Assembly: GCF_963921235.1 (NCBI RefSeq)
Contig: NC_086109.1
Location: 37,450,001 to 37,514,000 of the forward strand
Direction of reading: 5' to 3'
DNA length: 64,000 nt
DNA from: Mobula hypostoma
Taxonomy: Eukaryota
Under the pieces are notes generated by a model. The model was not told where the DNA came from, did not search any database, and was given only the letters and a program-made list of their open reading frames with translations. The position numbers and the translations under genes are program-made. Below, piece by piece: positions 37,957 through 49,872 of the stretch; position 1 is the first letter of the stretch, and each line of letters opens with the position of its first letter.

Positions 37957-40103
37957 CCCGGAATCATCCTCGCGAACCTCCTCTGGCATCTCTCCAATGA
38001 CAACACATCCTTTCTGAGATATGGTGCCCAACACTGTTGACAATACTCCAATTATGGCCAGACTAGTATCCTATAAGGCCTCAGCAATACCTCCTTGCTT
38101 TTATATTCGATTCCCCTTGAAATAAATGGCAACATTGCATTTGCCTTCTTTACCACAGACTCAACCTCTAAATTAAACTTGAGAATCTTGCACTTCTGAT
38201 GTTTGAATTTTCTCCCCATTTAGATAATAGTCTGCACCATTGTTTCTTTTACCAAAATGCATTGTCATACATTTCGCAACATTGTATTCCATCTGTCACT
38301 TTTTTGCCCATCCTTCCAATTCTGTCCTGCTGCTTCAGCACTACCTACCCCTCCACCCGTCGTCGTATCATCCGCAAACTTTGCCACAAAGACGTCAATT
38401 CCATGATCTAAATCACTGACAAACAATGTGAAAAGTAGCAATCCCAATACTGACCCCTAAGGAAAACCACTAGTCACTAGCAGCCAACTAGAAAAGGCTC
38501 CTTTAATTCCCAGTCGCTGCCTCCTGTCTGTCAGCCATTCCTCTATCCATGCCAATATCTTTCCTGTAATGCCATAGGATTTTATCATGCATGGCACCTT
38601 ATAAAATGCCTTTTAAAATCCAAGTAAATGACATCCACTGCCACTCTTTATCCACCCTGTTCGTTAGTTCCTCAAAGAACTCTAACAGATTTGTCAGGTA
38701 AGATTTCCCTTCACAGAAACCATACTGACTTTGACTTATTTTAGCATTAGTCTCTAGGTACTCTGAAACCTCATCCTTAAGAGTAGACTCCAACACTTTC
38801 CCAATCAGAGGTTAGGCTAACTGACCTATAATTTCTTTTCTTTTGCCTTCCTCCCTTCTTAAAGAGTGGAGTGACATTTGCAATTTTCCAGTCCTCCGGG
38901 ACCATGCCAGAATCATGTGATTCTTGAACGATCATAACCAATGCATCTGCTAACTCTTCAGCAACCTCTCTCAGGACTCTCAGATGTAGTCCATCTGGTC
39001 CAGGTGGCTCATCCACCTTAAAGTTTTGCCCAGCACTTTTTCCTCTGTAATAGCAATGGCACTCACTCCTGCTCCCTGACACCACGGACCTGTGGCACAC
39101 TGCTAGTGTCCTCCACAGTGAAGACTGATGAAAAGTACTCATTAAGATCATCTGCCATTTCTTTGTCCCCCCCTTGCTATCACACCAGCATAATGTTCCA
39201 ATGAACCAATATCAACTTTCACCTCCCTTCTACTCCATATATAACTGAAAAAAACTTCCTAGTATCTTCCTTTATATTATTGGCTAGAACATGGATTCTG
39301 CAGCAAAAGCAAGTTTGACCAGACAGCAATGCCCTCTTCCTGAAAAATGAGTAACAAAATAAATGCAGTCAGATCCCATGTCTATTTCCGGTGGAACGTT
39401 TAGCCAATGAAACGGAATTAGTCCCAGAAATCCATCACGATCTGCGCTGCACAGTCTGGGACCTAATGTCAGATTTCGAAGGCAAAATACTTCCAGCACT
39501 CCACCTCGGGAGTTCATACCAAGCTGAATACCAGCAAGATTTGGGGAAAAAGAAACAAAGCCCAATCCAACACATGATCAAAGATCTCTTTTCTGATGGA
39601 GATTGCTGGGCAAGGGGTAAGGTTAGTTACTTTAGTATTAATTAACACATACAAAAACCTGCATGTACTTTTGAAAATTATATTTACTTATATTTCCATA
39701 GTTTCTAAACATTCCTGAATGTAAAAGTAAGGGTCAAAATATGTCATGAATATTTTCTGCCCTCATTTTGACATGTTAATTAGTTCAAAGGCAGGACTTC
39801 TTCCCCAAGTTAGCCACAGTTGTGCGACAATAGACAGCAATTCAGCCCAGGATACATTGAACCATGAAACTCTGACCCAGTGTTTTCCTCAGCAATGATC
39901 AAGATTAACTGAGGATTTTAATTTGGGAATGGGTCACTTTTACGTACAGCTTTAAATACTATAATACAATTTTCTATTATCCAATATAAGCGGCATGCAG
40001 AAATATTGTATATCTATCCAGTCTGGGACCTATCATTTACACAGCCCTAATGGGATTATCAAAATGATTTACAAAATACGATATTGATGGACCTCAGGAA
40101 CTG

Positions 40104-42425
40104 GAGTGCTTTGTAGAAGTATTCAGCTCCCAACACTTTGTTCGCATGAATGAGTATTACAAGCAAGGATTCTGATCAATTGAACTAATTTTTATTTGTG
40201 AATCACATGCTCCTCCCTCCCCCCCCCCCCAACACACAGTAGAGCCCAAAAGACAGGGGAAATTGTAAAGCATGAAAACTCAAAATTCAAAATCTGAAAC
40301 CTCAGCAGTTCAAAAGTATTCATCCCCCTTTCCTCAATTTTTAGTTGAACCTCTCACAGCTATTACAGCCAGTAATCTTTTGGGTGTCCCTATTAGCTTT
40401 GCACAATGTGATGAAGCAAGATTTGTCCATTCCTCCTGACAAAGTTGCTCAGGCTGTGCCAGGTCAATCAGACAGCAATCTAGAGGTCTTGACAGAGACG
40501 TCTGATCAGGTTAAATCAGGAATCTGACTGGACCACTCAAGGACATCAATTTTCTTCATTTGAAGCCATTCCATGGTTGCTCTGGCAATGTGCACTGGGT
40601 CATTGTCCTGCTGAAAGGCAAACTTCCTGCCCACTTTAAACTTTCTAACAGAGGCGAGCACGTTTTTATCTAGCATCTCTCTGTGCTCAGCAGCGTTCAT
40701 CTTCCCGTCAATCCAGATTTTCAGACCCTGTTGCTGAAAAGCATCCCCGTAGCATGATGCTACCTCCACTGTGTTTTACAGTAGGGATGGTGTTACCGCC
40801 TGTATGCACAGTATGAGATTTACGCCACACGTAAGTACCATTTAGTGTTGAGGCCAAAAAGTTCCACCTTAGTCTCATCGAACCTTCTTCCACATCTTTA
40901 CTGTATTGTCTAAGTGACGCTTTGCAAAGTCTTTAGGAGCAAGGATCTGCTTCTTTTAAGCCAGGGCTTCTTCCTTGCTATTCCTCCATAAATACTCTAT
41001 TGTGCAAGGCCTTAGAGACTGTGGAACTGTAGAGTCATGAACTTCATATCCAGTCACAGCTACTGACTTCTGGTGCTCATTCAGAGTGACTGTTGGTGTC
41101 ACAGTGGCCTCTTTTACAAGTGCCATTCTTCTCTGGCAACATACTAGTCAAGATGGCACCTGCACACAATACTCCAGGTAGTCCACAAAAGTGCTCATTT
41201 CACTTCTTTTATGTCTGCTTTGCATCTTAAATGTGTTTCTGGAACTGTTACAGAGCCTGTAATTTGCAGTCTGGAGATCAATTGTGAGATCCAGCACTTT
41301 GCTATCCCGAGAAGATTCCAGGAAGCAAGTTTGAACACCCAGCGCAAAGAAACTTCGCAATGGGGCACGAGCTAATGTTCAACTCTATTTCGCTGATTAA
41401 AGAGTCCATTAATCACCGATCAAAGTGTCGTGGAAAATTGAAACTTTGAGGTGAATGCAGAAAATGAGTATGGGTTCAGTGCCAACTGCCTGCCTTTTGA
41501 TTGCTGATGAGGTCCCTCTGCTGCCGGAAAGGAGGTTGTGTGGTGGCTTATCGCTGTTTAACAGCTCGCTGTACCCAGAGGGTAGGCCTCCGTGTTTGAG
41601 TGGTGTCTCTCTCTTTCGATGATGTTTATTGATTGGACTATGGACTTTTTCAGTCTTATGGTTTTTATATTTTGTGTTTTTGCCTGTTCTTTCTCATTTT
41701 TTTGTGTGGGGAGGAGGGGTTTGGAGGTTGACGTCTGCCCTTTTTTTGTGCGGGGGGAGTTTGCTGCTTGTCTTTAAATGACTTTCCAAGGTTTGTCTTT
41801 GTTTTGTGGCTATCTGGGGAAGACGAATCTGAGTTGTATATTGCATACATACTTTGATAACAAATTAACCTTTGAACCTTTGTTTAGAGGGGCAGCCTGA
41901 CCAGTGTGGCTGTGCTTTCAAATTTTTCCACTTTTCACAATGGACTGCACTCAGCTCTGAGCCACGTTCAGTGTTTTTCAGGTAGTCTTCTACCCTTCTC
42001 CAGATTTGTGCTTCTCTATTGTCATTTCCCTGATTTCCCTTGAATGTTCTTTTGCCTTCACTTTGGTCTGATCTGTTGGAAATCTACCATACTGTCAGAT
42101 CTTACAGAGAGAGAGAAGACATTTAATCAGCTGATCGTCCAATTTTCTACATCAACAAATTAGGTAAGCTGGCAAGGTAATATATAGTATGACACCTGAG
42201 GGAAGTTAGTGCAGCAATTACAAATGTTTTTCAAGCCTCACAATTTTGGTTTTAATTTTTATTAACTTGTTGACAGCTTTTGGTATTTTTCTTTTGATTT
42301 GATATGCTGCACAATGTTTTGTAGATTAGCTCAAAAAATCCTAACTTTAAAATATTTGGAATTTAGAAAATGAGATCAAAAAATGTGAAAATAGTTGTGG
42401 GGGTGAAGACTTTTTCAAGGCACAG
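40104..42425 (-). mobile_element. Tc1-like transposon (defective) with nested retroposon
   Basis: [24 protein letters not shown] and EWSSQIPDL motifs; ends agtgctttgtagaagtattcagc / gtgaagactttttcaaggcacag|ta. Confidence 0.85.
41150..41882 (+). mobile_element. Non-autonomous retroposon, AAGATGGC start and (CTTTGAA)n tail
   Basis: Interrupts the Tc1 sequence; 3' end shared with the 35540-35932 and 51110-51540 copies. Confidence 0.65.
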
Positions 42426-42612
42426 TATGCAAAAAGGGTCAGACAGTAATACTTCCCTCTTGAATTATTTTTTGATTAAAGAAAGCCACCAGATTTTTAA
42501 AAAAATCATTATCACATTAGAGTCAGAAACATACAGAATGGAAACAGGCCCTTTGGCAACTAATCCATGCCAACCATCGGGCACCAAGTTCAAAGTTTGA
42601 AAATTCAAAGTA

Positions 42613-43459
42613 CAGGTCCACAATCCCTCATCCGAAATCCTTGGGGCCAGTTGCATTTCAGAATTCAGAATTTTTTGGATTTCAGACACCACCAACTGCG
42701 GTCCCCCCCCCCCCCCCACCGGATACCAAAAAACACCTATGCTCAAGTTCCTTATTTAACCTCAATGCAATGGACTTTAGGACCCAGCGGCGCACCAAAC
42801 CTACGCACATCCTCCCGTATACTTTAAATTATCTCTAGATTACTTATAATACCTAATACAATGTAGATGCTATGTAACTAGTTGTTATACTGTATTGATT
42901 AGGGAATAATGACAAGAAGAAATTTTATTTCTAACAAAAACATTCAATAAAACATAAAAATGTACAGCTTCAAACGAACCGAATCAAACACATGGCAACT
43001 GACTTATTGGAATAAATGTAGAACGTCACTGTCACTATAAAACTTCAGTAACTTGTCTTTCTGTTTATTTGAATCATATACTGTGGTAGGTCCGACACTA
43101 TTTTCTTCAGTAAGACGCCGCATAGACACACCACAATCAAGCTTCTGCAATAACTCCACTTTCTGCGTTTTTCATAGAGAAGATTCCTTCTCTTTTTCTC
43201 ATTGTTACCCATGGGGGTATCTGCAGCTCTTTTTGACATTTTCACAGTGAAATTAAACACAAAGTCAACAGTGAACACAAAATATCAGTGAACAGCAAAT
43301 GCACGTGTAACCAGTACGAGCGCTGAGCCACAATTAACGTCTGGCGGCCTCTGCTCGTGCTGCCACGTCACACCTGAGTGACGTCAGCTGTTGGCAAAAA
43401 ATCTGCGGTTTTCAGAGCATTTTGAATTTCAGAATTTCGGATAAAGGAATGTGCACCTG
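42613..43459 (-). mobile_element. Tigger4(Zombi)-like non-autonomous transposon with a MER2-like internal segment
   Basis: TA TSD at both ends; TIR caggt(c/g)caca(a/t)tcc(c/t)t(c/t)atccgaaat; transposase N-terminal remnant MSKRAADTPMGNNEKKRR...KVELLQKLDCGVSMRRLTEE. Subfamily names are from memory. Confidence 0.8.
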
Positions 43460-44619
43460 TACTGTATGTATACCATATCCAACCTTGAGATTCTTCTTCT
43501 TGCAAGCAGCCACAAAACAAAGAAAGACAATAAAAGTCACAAAAAAACCACACCACAATGACAGTCACACATCCAATGTGTGAAAAAGAAAGAACAAATT
43601 GTGCAACCAATTAAACAAAAAAGCAAACAATCAATCCACAGATGATGAACTACAGAGTCACCAAAAGTAAGGCCACAGCCATGGAGCCAGTTCTGCGTTG
43701 AGGCGAGTGTCAATGACTGTAGGCCACAGCTGCAAAGTCAGTTTAACACTGAAGTGAGTAAAGTCCCACAGAGTAGTGAGAATACTGAGTTGTCCTTCAT
43801 GCTGAGCCTCAACACCTTAACCTTTTTAATCTGGCTCAGTGCTCACATCAGCCAAACATCAGTTTGTTATCCACTCTCGGGACTGGACCCTGCTGCTTCA
43901 ATCCGGCGTGAAGTTTCAGTCCAGTCCGGCCCCAAGTCCACTCCAGCAATGACTGGAATACCTGCATTCTCGACGGTTCAGAAAGCTGAATCCTTTAAGA
44001 TACCTCAAAAACACCAGGTCGTACAGATGGTTCAAAAGCACACCTCCCAATGAGAACAGGTTGCAGATTGCTGTGAGCATGGTCCTGAAGAAGTATATTC
44101 AGTAGAATTGTTGGTAGTTTTGTTAGCTGCCCTCAAAGCACTATCATGTCTCACCAGTGCCATCTTCTTCCTGAATTCGCCACTAATTCAATTTCATTCT
44201 ATTTTCCTACAAAATCACCACAGATTTTAACCACCCTACATGCAAAGTGCAATTACAGTAGCCAATTAACCTACCAATTTGCACGCTTTTAGGATTTAGG
44301 AGGAAACCGATGCAATCAGGTGTATCAATTAATTTTCAATCAGGAATGTTTTTTTAAACAATTTCTCCATAATTTGATTATTTCAATGTTTCTCTTTGTA
44401 AAAACATCCGTTAAATTAAAGCTCAACACATAATAGACACATTTTCAAATGCAGTGGATTCCAGTTAATTGATCCATTGGTTAATTGGGACAACTATTAA
44501 AGAATAAAAACTTATTAAGAGACGGGATTCCCTTTGTTTACTTGGGACACTACACCACTTAATTGGGACAGCAGACTATTGCCAAACAGTTTCTAACTAG
44601 TGTAAGTTGTGTATACTTA

Positions 44620-45636
44620 TTTATTAATTCACTGAGATACAGCATACGATAGACCTGCCACCCAGCAACCCCCGACTTAACCCTGGCCTAATCATGGGAC
44701 AATTTATCTGCAGCTTAATGTGAAAAAGACCAAGGAGCTGGTGGTCAACCTGAGGAGAGCTAAGGTACCGGCAACCCCTGTTTCCATCCAAGGGGTCAGT
44801 GTGGACATGGTGGAGGATTACAAATACCTGGGGATACGAATGGACAATAAACTGGACTGGTCAAAGAACACTGAGGCTGTCTACAAGAAGGGTCAGAGCT
44901 GTCTCTATTTCCTGAGGAGAATGAGGTCCTTTAACATCTGCCGGATGATGCTGAGGATGTTCTACGAGTCAGTGGTGGCCAGTGCGATCATGATTGCTGT
45001 TGTGTGCTGGGGCAGCAAGCTGAGGGTAGCAGACACCAACAGAATCAACAAACTCATTCGTAAGGCCAGTGATGTTGTGGGAATGGAACTGGACTCTCTC
45101 ACGGTGGTGTCTGAAAAGAGGATGCTGTCCAAGTTGCATGCCACCTTGGACAATGTCTCCCATCCACTACATAATGTACTGGTTGGGCACAGGAGTACAT
45201 TCAGCCAGAGACTCATTCCACCGAGATGCAACACAGAGCGTCATAGGAAGTCATTCCTGCCTGTGGCCATCAAACTTTACAACTCCTCCCTTGGAGGGTC
45301 AGACACCCTGAGCCAATAGGCTGGTCCTGGACTTATTTCCTGGCATAATTTACATATTACTATTTAACTATTTATGGTTTTATTACTATTTAATTATTTA
45401 TGGTGCAACTGTAACGAAAACCAAATTCCCCCGGGATCAATAAAGTATGACTATGACTATGACCAGATAACCTGCCAACTGGTACCTCCCTGGTGCTCTC
45501 GTTTCTTCCCACAGTCCAAGCAGAAACCTACAGAGTTATGGGGAGAACTCCTTACACACAGCGGTGGGAATTGAACTCAGGTTGCTAGTACCTACTGTAA
45601 AGAGTTGTGCTAACCTCTACAACTACTGTGCCACCT
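44620..45636 (-). mobile_element. tRNA-derived SINE split by a LINE insertion
   Basis: Minus-strand head ggtggcacagtagttgtagaggttagcac...gagttcaattccc with A/B-box-like motifs at 45565-45636; the tail half lies at 44620-44706. Confidence 0.65.
44707..45463 (+). mobile_element. Young 5'-truncated Rex1/Babar-like LINE
   Basis: Uninterrupted ~200-aa frame (KTKELVV, YKYLG, FYESVVAS, SFLPVAIKLYN); AATAAA followed by a (TATGAC)n tail. Confidence 0.85.
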
Positions 45637-46899
45637 TTAGACAGTACACACTGCTTAGAGAGAACAGCTTTTAAATACTGTTAGTTGTGTGTGTGTGTTT
45701 GTGTTCATATTTTTTTGTCATTGATAGTTGGCAAGAAGTAAGAACTAAGACAATTCCGAACTGCTTGCTCACTGCAGTTTCAAGCATTGAGGTTTGGAGT
45801 TGCCAGAAACAGCCAGAAGTGAAAATTAAGTAATTTCATTACTTCAACAAGTGAGGAACTGTGAAAAATTTGAAGGTATAGACAACCATTTTGAATGTTA
45901 CAATGAAAACTAAGATATGGAAAAAAGCAATTGTTGAAAGCATTGCACTCGGTGTCTGCACTGATTTTATTCATTTATAGTCAATCAAAAGAACACGGCC
46001 TCGATATCTATTAGGATCTAATACACAGTTTTATAGTACTATTGGTAGTGTTCTTATTTATTTTATATTTAATCTAAATATATAATTTGTTACTGACTTA
46101 AATGGTTATTGAGTCTTTTTTTTAAAATATGCTTTTTTAAACATTTTCATGAAACTTTAGCCAATTGCAATAGCCATTTAACTGGGCCAAAATGTTCTGC
46201 TCCTGATGTGTCCCAATTAACCAAAATCCACTGTACTTCTGTACCAAATACAAATCACCCCAAAAGTAAAACAGAAAAATGCTCTTGGCTAAAAAAAAAT
46301 ACTACCCACTTAAAGTAGTATGAATGTGTTTAGTGAACTGTAATCATTGAAATGAGAATCTTACAATTTAGTTCCTTTATGGTACAATTAAATGCTATTG
46401 TTCTGAATGCTCTAAAGTGGGGCCTGATTTTGCAATATTAATGCTGGTTTGCCTGGACCTTGTTGTTAACCATGTTCATGTATTCTAATTTACTGATTTA
46501 TATAAATTCAATATATGCATATATTTAAAAAAAACTAGCATCTCTGTCTCATATATAGGCTGGTGCTGAGGTCAAGAGGTGTACACACCCTGGAAGTCAT
46601 GATGGTACAGTTTAACAACCAAGTAACAAATGGCCACACAGCAGAGTCTTTTTTTTATTTGCTACAAGGTGTTCACTGAAATGCTTTTTAACCTCTATCA
46701 CTCATTCTTAGTGTGAAAACATTACGCAATCAATTTGAACTTATTTTCAACTTCTTTCCTTTAAGAAGTCAACAGATACAACTGCTGCAGATTACAATGT
46801 TAGATCACTAAGTCAAAGCAATTAACTTTTCATATTTCTCATTAGTTTTTTTTTTAAAAAGTTCAGTTTAGTTCACCATAAATTGAAAGAAGCACTCAC

Positions 46900-46993
46900 T
46901 GGGATGCCCTGCAACTGCGGTTTTTCTAATAAATTATGCAATTCATTCTTTGAAGCTTCTGTCTTCTCGTGGTCTGCAGCATCCACCATGTAC
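46900..46993 (-). CDS. ARL8A: ARL8A-like coding exon 4: [31 protein letters not shown]
   Basis: 94 nt, acceptor ctatttag, donor gtgagt; continues the frame of exon 3. Confidence 0.96.
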
Positions 46994-47529
46994 CTAAATA
47001 GTGCAAAGACATAACCCTCATTAAAAATACAGTCTGAATGGCATTCCACAATGGTTTCGATTAGCTGGTCAAGAACAAGGTGGTCTGGTTTAAGCCGTGG
47101 TTGCCAATTTGCAAGATTCTACTGTTTGCCATCAGCAGCATTAATGGATCCAAGCTTAGGGCTACCAGACAAGTACAGGAGCACCTGAAGAAAAAATAAA
47201 CCTGCACTTACTGGAAAATTAAAACAAATGCAGCAAATACTGGAAATACCCACCACGTGAGCAGTGTTAGCGAAGGGTGAAACAGAGTAATGCTTTCAGG
47301 TCAGTGTTGCTGTTGTCATCAAAACACATTTGGTTGTTATTAATTTTGTATTTAAAAAGCTGATTGAAACTGAGATTTTAACAATGGTGCATATAATGTC
47401 ATAAATGAGATATCAGGCAGAATCTCGCTGATGTGACTATCTCTGTTTGGAACTACTGGTGTTTAACAGTTTAAGTGGCAATGTGTGTGAAATTTCCATA
47501 ATTGTGTGACCAAAACCAACAGGCTTAGG

Positions 47530-49640
47530 TTTTCGTCTCCTGAGGTCCCTTTCCTCAGACACTAACAACCCCACTACCCCCTACGAACCCAGCTTCCATC
47601 TGCGCCGGGTCTTCACCATTCCCGCTGACCTTCCCCTCTCTGAGGCAAAACATTCTGTCCTCTGTAAGGGCCTCACCTTTGTTCCCCTGCACCCTCACCT
47701 CAGCGAGTTCTGTGCCCGCCATGACGCGAGCCGACCATCTCCGACCTACTTCTTTGGCAAGAACTCTCCACCCCATACCGATGACCCCTTCTCCCGTCTT
47801 CAACCTTCCTCCTCTTCCTTGACACCCCACCCTGGTCTTCTGCCTGCTCTGGATCTTTTCATTGACAACTGCCGACGGGGCATCAACTGTCTCAACTTCA
47901 ATACTCCTCTCTTCAATTCCAACCTCACTCCTCTGAATGCTGTGCTCTCCACTAATCCTAACTTCACCATCAAACCCACAGATTAAGGGAGTGTTGTAGC
48001 AGTCTGGCGTACTGACCTCTAACTTGCTGAGACCCAGCAACAACTCTCAGACACCTCCTCTAACTTACCAGTCAAACAGGACCCCACTAAAAAGTACCAG
48101 GCCATTGTCTCCTACACTATTACCGATCTTAATAGCTCTGGGGATCTCCCATCCACTGCCACCAACCTCATAGTTCCCATATCCCACACTCCCGTTTCTA
48201 CCTCCTACCCAAGATCCACAAGTCCACTCGTCCAGTTGACCAATTGTTTCAGCTTGTTCCTGCTCTACAGAACTCATTATCTGCATACCTCAACTCTGTT
48301 TTATCTCCCTTAGTTCAGTCCCTTCCTTCATATATCTGTGACACTTCACATGGTCTGGATCTTTTCAATGATTTCACATTCCCTGGCTCCCATCATCTTA
48401 TTTTTACTATGGATCCCCAGTCCCTTTAGACCTCCATCCCCCACCAGGAAGGCCACAAAGCTCAACGTTTCTTTCTAGACATCAGACCCAACTAGTTCCC
48501 CTCCATCACCACTCTCTTCCATCTAGCAGAACTTATCCTCACTCTTAATAATTTCTCCTTTGGCTCCTCCCACTTCCTTCAAACAAAAGGACTAGCCATG
48601 GGCACTTGCATGGGTCCCAGCTATGCCTGCCTTTTTGCTGGCTATGTAGAACAGTCCATGTTCCAAGCCTACACTGGTATCACTCCCCCACTTTTCCTGA
48701 GCTACATCAATGACTGCATTGGTGCTGCTTTCTGCACCCATGCGGAGCTCATCAACTTTATCCACTTTGCCTCCAACTTCCACCCTGCCCTCAAATTTAC
48801 CAGGTCAATTTCTTGATCTCTCTGTCTCTATCTCTGGAGACAGCTTATCTATTGATGTCTATTATAAACCCACAGACTCTCACGGCTATCTGGACTAATC
48901 CTCTTTCCTCCCTGTTGCCTACAAAAACACCATCCCCTCCTCTTAATTCCCCCATCTCCGCCATATCATATTAGGGGGGATGAGGGTTTTCATTTCAGAA
49001 CAATGGAGGTGTCCTCCTTCTTCAAACAAAGGGGCTTCTCTTCTTCCAGCATCAACGCTGCCCTCAAACTCATCCCTCCCATTTCACGCACGTCTGCTCT
49101 CACCTCATCCTCCCACAACCTTACCAGGGATAGGGTTCCTCTTGCCCTTACCAACCATCCCACCAGCCCCCACATCCAACACAAAATTCTCCAGAACTTC
49201 TGCAATCTCCAATGAGATCCCACCACCAAGAACATCCTTTCCTCCTCCCTCCCCCCAATTTTCTGCTTTCCACAGGGATGCAGCTTCTTTCTCCATTCAT
49301 CCCTCCTCAATGATCTCCCACCTGGCACTTATCCTTGCAAGCGGAACAAGTGCTACACCTGCCCCTACACCTCCATCCTCACTACCATTCAGAGCCCCAA
49401 ACAAGCCTTCCCAGCTGAGGTAACACTTCACCTGTGGGTCTGTTGGAGTCATATACTATGGCTGGTGCTCCCAGTGTGGCCTCCTGTATATTGGTGAGAC
49501 TCGATATAGATTGGGAGTCCGCTTCATCAAGCACCTACGCTCTGTCTGCCAGAAAAAGTGGGATCTCGCAGTGGCCACCCATTTTAATTCCATTTCCCAT
49601 TCCGATATGTCTATCCATGGCCTCCTCTACTGTCGCGAAC
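47530..49640 (+). mobile_element. Penelope-like retroelement, most of the RT + GIY-YIG coding region, decayed
   Basis: Motifs in order: VLCKGLTFVP, IKPTD*G, FYLLPKIHK, TMDPQSL*TSIP, GLAMGTCMGP, YINDC, FLDL, YYKPT, VIY..CSQCGLLYIGET. Confidence 0.9.
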
Positions 49641-49798
49641 CAAACTTGAAAGAGGCATAAATAGAAACGGTCCTAATTAGGTACAATTACATTCTGAAAT
49701 CATCAAATTCTTATGATATGGAATCAGTAACCAAATTAAATTTGAACAATAGCTGGCTTCACCCCCACCCCAGTTGATAAAACAATTCAAATACTTAC

Positions 49799-49872
49799 AC
49801 AATTGCACTGACTCCTCTGCAGTATCGTTCCCACATGCTTCTAAATCGAGGCTGCCCACCAATATCCCAAAG
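49799..49872 (-). CDS. ARL8A: ARL8A-like coding exon 3: LWDIGGQPRFRSMWERYCRGVSAIV
   Basis: Contains the G3 motif WDIGGQ. 74 nt, acceptor attttag, donor gtaagt; phase matches exon 4. Confidence 0.96.

Larger units (their letters stand above)
36620..39290 (-). mobile_element. CR1 LINE (RT + 3' end), interrupted by a Penelope-like element
   Basis: Minus-strand ORFs carry PGPDGLH, DWKIANVTPLFKKG, FADD and SQRIVNLWN; tail near 36620. Confidence 0.9.
44452..46233. mobile_element. CAGTGGATTCC-TIR DNA transposon, copy 2, with nested SINE and LINE
   Basis: Ends cagtggattccagttaattg / caattaaccaaaatccactg|ta. Confidence 0.75.
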
